Shown piece after piece: positions 39,601-49,609 of a stretch of 64,000 bases of DNA. Each line of letters opens with the position of its first letter. Within the stretch, counting starts at the first letter, position 1. The notes beneath the pieces were generated by a model, which did not search any database, had not been told where the DNA came from, and worked only from the letters and a program-made list of their open reading frames with translations. This DNA is from Phoronis australis (Eukaryota > Animalia > Phoronida), in assembly GCA_002633005.1 (NCBI GenBank), contig NMRA01000427.1, positions 186,001 through 250,000 of the forward strand, in the 5' to 3' direction. Made by a program: the position numbers and the translations under genes.

Positions 39601-42600
39601 TAACTAGTATCATATAGTCAATAAATTCACCTTTGTGTTTGTGTGAGAGATCAAAACGAAATAACGAGTCATTTTCCATTTAAATCGCCATTGCTTCTTT
39701 GTTTTTACTGTTGTGCTATCGGGATCCCGGTTTATATTGGCTGAAAATGTTAACTTAGTTCTTGCACGTGACTCATGAACAAAACCGAGGGTATGATCTG
39801 CTCATTTGGAAGCACAATTAAACAACCTTGCAGAACCTGTGAAGGCTCAGTTAAGTTACAATCTCTAAAATGCCACTTTAAGTCACCGATCTTGTTCACA
39901 GACATATTTGCACTTCATGGTAGCGTCAACACATCTCATCCTTTGTTAATGTTCGTAACAATTAAATTAACGGATAGTCCCCTAATAGTCATAGTGTCGA
40001 GGTAACTGAAACTAACCCACCGTCACAAGCAAGTTTACGAGCCCAGTGTGCAGCAAAAAAGCAACGTGTTGTTTCTTTTAATTACTACATATCAATACGC
40101 GACCACGAAGTGTCGTAAAACAAAAGATGATTTTGACTGAAGACGCGGGTTTATCGCCGTTTTAACATGTGGACAAGAAAGTGAAGAAAAGAACAAAATA
40201 CTGTGTAGCAACTATGGTACATGTATTTGTAACTTTCCGTTATCTACTTCTGAATAATCCACTGCGTCATTCATGCTAAGAAAAATAAGCCATTCTGAAT
40301 AACAATAATGACTTAACACAAATTTAAACTGGCCTTTTGATTAAGAACAATACGTTCAAGGAAATAATCTTTTTCAGTAGTCAAATGAGAGGTGATTCCT
40401 TGAGGTTGAAAGAACTGGTAATTCTTCATTACTTAAGACTAGGCTCTGCAAGTTGACTGTTCACGGCACGTCATTTTAAATGTATGTACCGAGCAAGGAA
40501 TCGACGGATAATGAACAGTCAGTTCATTACGACCCCCAGGGGTCGCTTCTCACCTAAAAAGGGAACAACTTGAAACCAATTTTTATTACCGCGATAGACG
40601 AACGAAGTCTTAAGTTCACCTCTGTGACAAAACGCAGGTTTTTTGCCTCTTAAGAGGTTGAGTTGATATTTTTGGATAATAGTAATTATCAAACTGAGGT
40701 AACAATTACTGTAATCTTCCAGAAAGTGGATCGCACAATGTTGTTTATCCGCTCATAGAACGGTCTCAGCGCGGGCTAGAATATAATTATCGACATCTAA
40801 CCTTTCCTAATGAAGTACGTGAAGTGATTAATGGATACCCAAACCACTATCATTCCAAGTAGTGTCTAGTTGCGAAAAGTGTTGATCTGCAATACTTACG
40901 CGAAAGGGAATAGTCGATCTCGACACAGAGCCAAAATCGTGCTCCAAGTACGACAGACGTGACTCCTGGGCCATACATTTCGGCGAGAGCCATAAGTTCA
41001 ACAATTGGCAACGGACCTTTACGACCAGGTACAACTGCAATGGTGCTGTAAAATTTCGAAAGCAGACCTTTTGAAAGTATTCGCTCAAGCAATTGCTAAA
41101 ATGCATAGTCATTGGTGCTTTTTATATTAAAGTAACCTGAAAATTTGTTTGCATGGCATATTTCTATAAGGATGAGGAAAATCCTCAGTTTATGTATTGC
41201 AGAAAGGTGACCAGTGTACTGATCACGCCTGCACAACTCCTATAGCTTTGGCAAGTTCCAGAAAACGAGCACTCATTGGTATGTTTCAACTAATTCATAC
41301 TTTGTTCACTTAAAATTTCTGATCTTTCCTACTCGACACGTCTGTGGAGTTGAACGCAACAAAGTTTATTTTCTGAATTACAATCGATTAATACATTTTC
41401 CTAACTCTTACAATACAGAAGTTGGTGTTTCTGGAATGAAAAGAAACACCATTAGTCCCTAGTAAAACAATTTCTTGGTGCTCAGATTTCCAATCAAGCA
41501 AACTTTATGTAAAATTTATGAGTCTGCATACCCTTGCATGTGCGTGCGCGTGCATAGGTTTGCGTGTATACACAAACACCTACGTACCCGTTGACTCCAT
41601 AAGTTTGCGTCACTGTTTTTGTATATTCAGTCGCAGACACGTTGCAGGTGATATTTGTTATTGCATCCTGGTGCGTGTCAAAGTCTTTGATATATTGAAT
41701 TCTCACTTGGAAGTTTGCAATGCCATCAGTCTGTAACGACGGAGTCATTTTTGTGAATAAAAAAGCTGGCCATACGGAAGAAGGAAGTGTTTGATTATGG
41801 GACATGTATCACGAAAACGACTTCAAATTACCACTTCCGCTCTCACCCCTGACAGTATGGAATGACAAAAAGCTGAAATTTGTTCGTCGTTAAATTTTGA
41901 ACTGCTCTGTCAGTCATTGATTATTTCTTGTTAAGTATCATCTTCCATTGCTTGCATGTCGCTGTATTCATGCGTGTCCGCTAGGGAGAAGAGGGACACG
42001 CAGGTATCATTCAGCAGCACGCGTTTGATCACTGGTTGATGTAACCTGGGCAGTCATTGGTTAGCTTTAAAACAAAGAAAGAACAATGCGGACTGCGAAC
42101 AATTATACATGGCAACATCTTTGCGAACTAAGTTTTTTTCTCCACAGTGTCAATAACGTGAGAAAGACCACGTACAGCTATTTGCGGCGTGGGAAGTTTA
42201 TGAGGTCGACATCGACAGCCGTAAAGGAAACTCTAACTGTAATGCCAACAGGTTACGAAAAATGCACCGCTTAAACATATCCCAATTAAGCACCGATTTC
42301 ATGGGCAAACCTTTCTGTTTCCAGTGGCGGATTTAGAGGGGAGGGCCAAGGGGACCATGCCTCCCCCCTAAAATTCTCCCAGGTTCCATTTGGCAATACG
42401 GGGATGCGAATGTCTGTCGGGCAAAATCCTGGCTAATACTCTACCATGGCCCCCTCTAACTCAAAATCCTGGATCCGCCCCTGTTCAGAGCAGTAAACGA
42501 CGTCTTGGACTAGTGATTTAGGTAACCCAAATGAACGAGCTCGGTCAAATTTGTCGTTGCACACGCGAATTTATTCTACCAGGAGACATCTCGACGCTGT

Positions 42601-43620
42601 ATAAGACATCTACAGTAATTGGATTGGCTCTACTTTTCCGTATTTTACAGTTAATAACGTGACGTACTGTATACTGCACCCGTATTTTCACACGTATAAG
42701 ATAAAACTTATTATGTCATGATGTTCGATAATACTTACGTCGGGTATGATATTGCATGTACCCAAGTCTTTAATGTACAGCGTAAACTTTCCGTCCATAT
42801 CCATGTCTTGGTAACAACCTGGTGTGTTAGCTTCTCCTTCTACTGACACACTACTGTAATTGAGTTTATTGTCTTGTATTCGATCGAACTCCACTGTGAC
42901 TGTTTTGTTGAAGCATATGTACGTACCTATAGTAAAAGGAGACTTAAGTGAGAGATATAGGGAGAAGGAAACAGGGTGGAACGGTAGGGGAGAGATCGAA
43001 CGTGTGGCGGAGAGGTGAATTCAGGGAAGGAGGGAGTGGTACGGACAACAATGCAGACTAGCTGCAGTGGTGGAAAGGAGAGGGAGGCTTCAAAGAAGTG
43101 AGGTGTACAGACAAGCCGGCAGGTAGGCTTCTTGCGAGGTGAGGGAGGAGGGAAAGAAGAAGGCTTCGAGAGAAAATAAGAGGTACAAATATGTAAGCTA
43201 GCTACCAGGTTGGGGGCGAGAAAGGGAGGCAGGCAGTGAGGCTGGCATGACGACATTGACAACAAGAACATGTAACATTTTAGGAATCTATACATGACTT
43301 AATCAACTATTACCGATTGTCCTTTCTTAAAATATCGAAGCGATAATTAAAACAATAACATGTATTTTTGCATAACTTAAGCGGTTTTAAACATATTTCC
43401 TACATCCAGATGCTTCTTCCCAAAAAAACAGTCACTACAACTCGCAAAATATTTTCGATCGACTACTTAACAATGTAATGCCCTCACAATGAACCAATCA
43501 CGACTGAATATCGACTCACGACTTACCGTTAGGAAGTGGGAGGTCAGGTTTGAGAACCTGAGCGCTGGCGGTTACTGCCATAATAGCACCAACTACCAGG
43601 TATGTGAAGATAGCAGACAT
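30437..43620 (-). CDS. ZP-domain membrane-anchored precursor, paralog B; 8 coding exons, 379 aa
   Basis: Coding exons 43620-43527, 42926-42739, 41730-41588, 41045-40900, 36031-35956, 35140-34981, 31941-31842, 30669-30437. All GT-AG, same phases and lengths as paralog A except one codon fewer in the first; 1140 nt with no internal stop; about 75% aa identity to A by manual count. Confidence 0.9.
31167..31787. mobile_element. about 600-bp insertion in the last intron of paralog B, absent from A
   Basis: Flanked by a repeated tataacaagaa; A-B homology resumes on both sides. Confidence 0.55.
31842..31941 (-). CDS. paralog B coding exon 7 (furin site)
   Basis: DKNACVSRKRRSADDEGTVSRVFTMTIPVTSSN; acceptor tgtttaag, donor gtgagt. 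Confidence 0.9.
32515..34365 (-). mobile_element. ISL2EU/Harbinger-type DNA transposon remnant (DDE transposase C-terminal part about 33438-34190) in a paralog B intron
   Basis: LLPNDEVMADTGLTIYDLL...LNIPAFTKGKTELS...TRRIFTVRIHVERAIR and NYLIVCAGLVNLRADLI*; imperfect TIRs (tatagacaga..gccattacagg / cctgtaatggc..tctgtctata); frameshifted and interrupted by a MITE. Confidence 0.8.
33504..33787. mobile_element. MITE of the CAG(G/T)GGCGGAT family nested in the transposase
   Basis: caggggcggatccagga ... aaatacgctactg; related copies at about 15-175, 42322-42483 and 36189-37186. Confidence 0.65.
34731..34948. repeat. (GAT)n/(GGT)n compound trinucleotide microsatellite
   Basis: Seen directly; the equivalent site in A is only ggtgatggtga (about 4875-4885). 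Confidence 0.9.
34981..35140 (-). CDS. paralog B coding exon 6
   Basis: CKGDDIPHAEVGFP...IELKAFRFY...VKVTFFKHQKMQ; acceptor tttttcag, donor gtaagt. Confidence 0.9.
35956..36031 (-). CDS. paralog B coding exon 5
   Basis: FKGALVDDLYTKSPAGSNLYLIKN(R); acceptor gtttcag, donor gtaggt. Confidence 0.88.
36189..37186. mobile_element. non-autonomous DNA transposon (CATAGGCGGATT..GATCCGCCACTG termini) in a paralog B intron
   Basis: TIRs; A-B intron homology resumes on both sides. Confidence 0.65.
36883..36992 (+). mobile_element. tRNA-derived SINE head
   Basis: A box tggcggtgtagtgg, B box gttcgagtc, downstream T-run; no complete cloverleaf. Confidence 0.55.
37741..37870. repeat. palindromic MITE-like hairpin
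   Basis: tatactcgtc..ttggaaatttcgtcaaaat / attttgacaaaatttccaa..gacgagtgta. Confidence 0.6.
40900..41045 (-). CDS. paralog B coding exon 4
   Basis: TIAVVPGRKGPLPIVEL...VVLGARFWLCVEIDYSLS; acceptor ttttacag, donor gtaagt. Confidence 0.9.
41588..41730 (-). CDS. paralog B coding exon 3
   Basis: TDGIANFQVRIQYIKDFDTHQDAITNITCNV...YGVNG; acceptor cgttacag, donor gtacgt. Confidence 0.9.
42322..42483. mobile_element. MITE, CAGTGGCGGAT..ATCCGCCCCTG
   Basis: TIRs; same family as 15-175 and 33504-33787. Confidence 0.7.
42739..42926 (-). CDS. paralog B coding exon 2 (ZP-N)
   Basis: TYICFNKTVTVEFDR...TPGCY...LGTCNIIPD; acceptor tactatag, donor gtaagt. Confidence 0.9.
43527..43620 (-). CDS. paralog B coding exon 1 (signal peptide)
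   Basis: MSAIFTYLVVGAIMAVTASAQVLKPDLPLPN(G); acceptor before 43631; donor gtaagt. Confidence 0.88.
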
Positions 43621-44724
43621 CTTGTCAATACCTTAAAAGTAGACATAAAAGCTCCAAAAATAATAACAATAATAGCTCATTCTTTTTAAACAATGAGAAC
43701 TAAAAATTTGTCCATTGAAAAGTACTCCCAAGTTGGCGCTCACTTCAATTCAACGACTCCAACTGAAAAATGTCGTTATTGCGCATAAGAACTTTTGGTG
43801 CAGATTCTCTCAGAATTCACACAAAAATTAAAATAACAGGATGAGGGACGACCAGTGTCTTGAGGACTATCGGCTCAGGGGTACACTGGCGTGGCTGGCG
43901 ATTTTGGGGCGAACTTCTTTTTAATACACGGTTGGCACTCCGATCAGTTTCTGTTTGAGTAATTACATTTTCCATTTAAAACAAAGACAATTCAACATTG
44001 CAATGAGTCCAAACTTTTTGAAATTTCAGATGCCTTATGGGAGTTCAACACCACATTTGCGTCACATTCTGTCTATTATGGTCAAACAGCAAGACGGAAT
44101 TTTCCATAAACAGGATTTTTTAATTTTAATTTTGTTAAATTAAATTCTCAGCTTATCAAGTAGCAAAGAATTTGCTTTGCCATAATACAAACTGGTGAAG
44201 CGTTCTTAATAAAAACTGTCAATTCGACCTGGAATTCAAATAATGAATCTTTATCGCCGGCTTTAATGCGTCGGTCCGTTTTTTTAAAAGAGACAGGAAA
44301 ACCTGAAAACTTCCTTGACGAAGAAACATAATGAGGCTCTCGTTTTTTAGCCCAGGTGGTTGGTGCAATGGGCTTAACCATGAGATCTGCGCGTGTATGA
44401 TGCACCGCAAATGACACTAGACCACCTGCATTCCTTTTCATCAGCTTGTGTAAATTTTTTGATTGTTTTAAACCGAGTGCTTTCCAATTACGCCTATCAA
44501 GGATTTTTAAAATACGTCAAATAAATTGGCGATATTATGAGTGTAATAATACAGTTCTTTTAACAATATTACAATGTTTGTTGTAGGTTCTTACGACCCG
44601 AGGCCTGCATGTACATGTACATGTACTTGGTGTCGCAGCCTTCGCCATCACGTCAGTCGATTTCGCCAAGTGTTGCTACCGTCAGGGCACTTTTGTTTTT
44701 GTAGTTGATACGTAACAAACTTAC

Positions 44725-44775
44725 CTACGTCCAGTCTTTGTCTGAATACGTCTTAACGAATTGCTTTGACAAAAT
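44725..44775 (-). other. paralog B putative non-coding first exon
   Basis: Inr TCATTT (A at 44775) to TAG|gtaagt donor; homologous to 10478-10527. Confidence 0.7.
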
Positions 44776-44910
44776 GAGAGTTTTACGGTTATCTCCGGGC
44801 TTTATACCAGTTAGGGCGTGTGCGTTATTTAGCAACACAGTGGCTGGTCGTGTCACTGAACACAAATAAACACATGTGGAGTCATAAATTCATTCACTGG
44901 TTCGTTGATT
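44772..44910 (-). promoter_or_regulatory. core promoter of paralog B: TATAAAG (44806-44800) plus Inr TCATTT
   Basis: 31-nt TATA-to-Inr spacing as in A; E-box-like CATGTG at 44873-44878 in the conserved upstream block. Confidence 0.7.
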
Positions 44911-45575
44911 TCATTATTTGATGGTTACCTTTTTAAGAAAAATTGTTTTAAACATCTTTTTGATCAGAAAGCAACATGTCAACTCGGGGTGAATGACATC
45001 AGATGCAAATTAGGCAAAGTCTGTAATCTAATATTTGAATGATTTAAATCTCCATGGCAGCAACATTTTTGTCGTTGCAACTGTTGGAACCATTCGATCT
45101 CATATTTATGACAAGGATTGTCGGATGTTTCAACAAAATACTAGCACCGGCCTGCAGTTCTCTTAGAGTCACTTGTATTGTTGGAGGAACCGATGCATGT
45201 TCTTGACCAACTTCGGTAACTATTATGTTAGTCACTACCAAGTAGTGACAAGTTACGCTTCAATTGAACCTTCTGGCGACCTCTTATACAGTCGTTACGT
45301 CATCCGACAGAGGCCTAACACTCTACACTATTTCCACAATATATCTTCCTCAAGCCGTTCCCGCTTTTAAAAAGGTTTATATAACTTAATAAAGTATAAT
45401 GCTTAATTTTAATAATTTGTCGTAAAGAGCGTCGATTTTAATTTGATTGTTCGGTGCATAGGCCTTTTCGCGGATTGCTAAGATGGATGCGAGCGCAGCG
45501 TAGGTTTGCAAGTTATCATTCATCCAATCCACGATCCAGAAAAAGTCACGCAGGCAACCGTCTCCGTGGTGACCT

Positions 45576-45728
45576 GGCGTGCGTTCAGTTGACGCTAGGA
45601 CCTACACTAGGACCTCGCTAAAATCTGGTCAAGGTCACGTGCTCTCATTTAAAATACACGGCAATATCTCACGTAATCTCGCGAAGTCTTGCTTTTTAGC
45701 GAGGTCCTAGTGTTACTGAACGGGAGGC
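45576..45728. mobile_element. about 150-bp MITE, copy 1
   Basis: Internal inverted repeat ctaggacctcgctaaaa/ttttagcgaggtcctag; close copy at 58461-58613. Confidence 0.75.
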
Positions 45729-45843
45729 AGGCTTTGGATTTTGCATAGATGCTATCTGTTTGCTCTCATCTATGATTAACTGGACTTCGGATGCTTGAAG
45801 TACTATTCAAATATTAAAGAAAATAACAACGGTTTTAAGCCAA

Positions 45844-45888
45844 CTTGACGTGTTTCGGTGTCATTTATTCAAACACCATCATCAGAAG
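45844..45888 (-). ncRNA. minimal type I hammerhead ribozyme in a Penelope pLTR fragment
   Basis: ctt CTGATGA t ggtgtt-loop-gacacc GAAAC AC GTC aag: intact catalytic core, stem I ctt/aag, stem II, minimal stem III. Confidence 0.75.
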
Positions 45889-46029
45889 AGAGAATGCAGT
45901 GGTCACCTAGCTAGGCCCAGCATGGAGATTTTAATATTCATGTTTCATGATTTTGTTTTCTTTAAAAGGACTCTAACGGAGGGTAGCTGGCCAAAACTCA
46001 GTGCCCAACTCGTGTACAGTGGCAATAGG

Positions 46030-46300
46030 ACCGTCCCTCATTACACAGTGACACTCAAATTTCCCTGTATTTACGCACAATGCCGTATACATCCGTCAGG
46101 CACATTTGCTGCCTCGTTTTTGTGCCACTGGAGTTAAACATGTTATTTGTTGTCTGGTTCTTTACAAGTTTTTTTTCTGTTAAATTACTCTGTTCGTCCT
46201 TTCAATGCCAACGAAGTATTACAGCTGCGCTGTTGGTTAACTCCGACGTGAAAAAATTTGATAAACTAGAAAAATACCCGTGGATATTTGATCAGAGATT
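46030..46300 (+). repeat. dispersed repeat (DNA-transposon-like), similar to 59510-59725
   Basis: Shared attacacag(t/c)gacactc, ccactggagtt, ttcgtccttt(c)caatgccaacga and tttgataaact..aaatacccgtggat. Confidence 0.6.
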
Positions 46301-46707
46301 CAGGCCAACTCCACAAAATTGCTCACGTTCAAAGTGCAACGATAGTATTGGTTTTTATCGTAACATAGTTGACGAAATAACCATGAATCGATAATAGACG
46401 CAACTAACTGACTTTGCAACACAGTGGTTTCAAATGTTTAAAATGACTGCAGTCACAAAGACATTCATCAAAATAAAACATGTTGTTTCTCTTCGTTAGC
46501 AAAGTCATCATCACGTGAGTACATCTAAACATTAAGTCGCACCTCCAATTCAGGAAGTCAGTCGAACCACGATGCACAAGAGAAACAAAATAAATTACCA
46601 TAGTTGTAAGCCGAAAGAGATCTGGTAAGCATTCAGCAATTAATAGCTAAGTACTTATGCCATAAACTTTGGACATAAGTGGATTTGCGTTTTCCAGTGT
46701 ATGTTAA

Positions 46708-47137
46708 TAAAACAACGACGGATTAAACCGGCTTGATATGTTTCGGCGTTTATTGAAACACCAACATCAGAAGAAAAAACACTGTGGCCACCTTGCTAGA
46801 CCAAGCAACAAGAAATGAAACACAGTTACAGGGGAGTAACAATAGACTAGACTATCAATGACAAGATGTGGTGTGCCAGTTGCCTATCGAGACTGGGCTT
46901 GCACCAATTGACGTGTAGAGCCTCACGAATTGGTGCCAGCCCAGTCTCAATAGGCAACTGGCACACCACTAGTTGTCATGGTTAGTCTGGTCTATTGATA
47001 CTCCCCTGTAACTGACTGTTTTTGTGGTTTAATTCTTGTTGTTAGACCTAGCAAGGTGGCCACTGTTTTTTTCTTCTGATTGTGGTCTTCAGTAAACGCC
47101 GATACACGTCAAGGAGGTCTAAATCCGTCGTTGTTTT
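46708..47137. mobile_element. 430-bp palindrome of two inverted Penelope pLTRs, each with a degenerate hammerhead motif
   Basis: Arms are reverse complements around about 46918; each arm matches 52790-52970; motifs CTGATGT..GAAACATATC (minus, 46732-46773) and CTGATTG..GATACACGTC (plus, 47073-47113). Confidence 0.8.
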
Positions 47138-47862
47138 TGTTTCTGCTTGCTATCATGAAGATCTTTCCTGTGTATCAGTTACAATGTGAAGCAGTCATGC
47201 CGAAAAGTGCGAAATCAGTACTACAGCATAACTGAGCTGTGCTAAATAGTAAATCGTCATCTGACCTGTAAATCTCGAATATATCGAAAACTGTAAAACG
47301 AGGCGAGAAACGGATAGTGTTTGACAAGATTTTATTAATCAGTTGTTAAAGATATCAGTGAGGGGTCGCCGTAAGTACGGCACAAAAAAAGAAAAGAGAA
47401 GTCGTCGGAAAATCTCGAACAACTCGAGAATCGTAAGTCGGAGACCGAAAATTTCTTTCGTTGGTAGCACGAGGTCAAATTACATACCAGATTTCACATA
47501 GATTAGTAAAAGAACGCCAGAGTTACTGCGCGAGAAGACAAGCAATACTGGAAAGAACAGTTACCAGATAATCTCGAATAATTCCAGAACGGTAGTTCGT
47601 AGCGAGAAACGAATGACACATGTTCGATAGCCCATGGGGTATCTCTCTAAATTCCAGGAGAATTGTCAAAGGACTGAAGAGCTAGATCTCTGCCACACCA
47701 CCATGTTAGGACTGACTTTGTCCAAAAACAACAGGCTTCGAGATTCTAACAAGAAACCCGGTGTTTGTGAATTTCATGTCCAAGCAATCCGTAGCGTACG
47801 TGTAAAAAACTTAAAAAGCAGACTTTGTAACAAAGCAACACCCTTGGATAAATTCTATTTCA

Positions 47863-49609
47863 GCACCGTGGCACAACTTGTTGAAGTAGTGCATGAGATT
47901 CATTTACATTTTGAGAAAGGCGAGAGCGTCAGGTTCATATTTCTAGATATAGCATCTGCTTTTGAGTGTGTCCCTCACGACCTTCTACTCCACAAACTTC
48001 GATCCTATAGCATTACTGGGAATCTTTTAAACATGATCACCTCATATCTCTCAGATCGTACATACAGTGTTCGTGTCGACGGCGTACTTTCAACTTTATC
48101 CCCTCCTGGATTTGTAAACGCAGGTGTATCGAAGGGTAGAGTATTGGGCCCTCTTCCCTTCTTGGTTTATATTAATGACCTTTCTGATAACCTGTCATGT
48201 AGCACATACCTTTATGCAGATGACACGGCACTTTTATACCCCTTCGCAGGGAGCAGCCCTGAAAGTCCTTTGCAGCTTCAACACGACTTGATTAAACTCA
48301 GCTATTGGTCACAAGAATGGAGAATGAATTTCAAAACAGAAATAAGCGTTGACCTTACCTTCTCCAAATCTATTAATGCTCTCTTCCTTGTTGACAATCC
48401 TTATGGCCCTAAACATAACGATAAAATCATTCCCAGAAAAGAGTCGCACAGACATCTTGGTATACTGTTAGATGAAAAACTCTCATTCACACTTCACGTT
48501 CAGGAGCTCGTACAAAAAACTCAGAAACTAAGTAACCCACTTAAGCTTGTCTCTCGTCATCTAAATTCTACACATTTAGAAGTTCTGTTCAAATCCTTTA
48601 TACTTCCACATGTCGATTATTTTGATATTATATATCAGTCTACCAATACTTGTGCACACCAGAATTTGGAGAAGTTACAATATCAATCTGCCTTACTCAT
48701 AACTGGGGCTTACAGCGGATCCAATAGTGTTAAGGTTTTGAATAGTCTCAAGTGGCCCAAACTGTCTGCTCGACGCAACCTTCACATGACCACATTTACT
48801 TTCGAAGTAATAAACAATGTCAACAACGCCTCTTTCAAAGAGATATTTGAACTAGACAAGGCCATCGTAGTGGTTTGAGATCCTCCACCCCATATGCAAT
48901 TTCTCCGACGTTTAGTCAAGCATGCAGAAGGTCTACAGTTATGATGTGCATCAACAACTTTAATTCTCTTCCAGTCTATGTTAAGGAAAGCAACTCTTTT
49001 ACGAGTATAAAAAATAATTTTAGAACTGTTTTTCATAACTTTGATAACTCAACAGACTCAATTCTCCTCTCCCTGCGAAAACGAAATAGCATTGTACAGA
49101 TCATGATGCGGGCTTTTCTTCAACTCCGACAAGTTTAGGCACAACTTTAGTAATGTCTCTCCAAACTGTAAATATGGTGACCATCAATCTTATCCTCGTG
49201 TTTTCTTTAAGTGTCCCCTCATCTAATACCTGAAAGACTCACTCTTTCGTGCACTCCATGAAAATCAATTAATTGTAAAAGCTCTCAATTTTTGTAATAA
49301 TATCGCTACTAAATTTACATTATTATTGAATGGTAGTCCTAACTTTGACCTTGTTCTCAATGAATTTCTCTTAGCAACGTTTGCAAAGTTTTATATATTG
49401 CTTATAAATCTTGTTGCTTCTCATTTTTCTTTTAATTTGTTCGTAATAGCATATCTAAAAATTGGAATACTTACAGAGATTCTACATAAATGTTTGTTAC
49501 TTTCATCTACGAATTGTCTACAACCCAGACATAATGCTTCAAGATTTCTTGGTTTGTCATTATTTTTTTGTTTGTTCTGTGTATTCTTCAATAAATATAT
49601 ATCATCTTA
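47863..49609 (+). mobile_element. 5'-truncated CR1/L2-group LINE (reverse transcriptase to 3' tail)
   Basis: STVAQL..FLDIASAFECVPHDLLLHKL..GVSKGRVLGPLPFLVYINDL..YADDT..HLGILLDEKLSF; AATAAA near 49590; about 13-bp TSD aaattctatttca (47850-47862) / aaaatctattcca (49610-49622); empty site in copy A at 13561-13573. Confidence 0.9.

Noticed and set aside
47634-48878. 414-aa ORF as a novel host-RT fusion or domesticated gene
   Set aside because: The first roughly 76 codons are non-coding duplicated flank (homologous to 10995-11117 and inverted 13560-13625) that happens to be in frame with a 5'-truncated LINE RT; conserved RT residues are mutated (GVSKGRVLGP).
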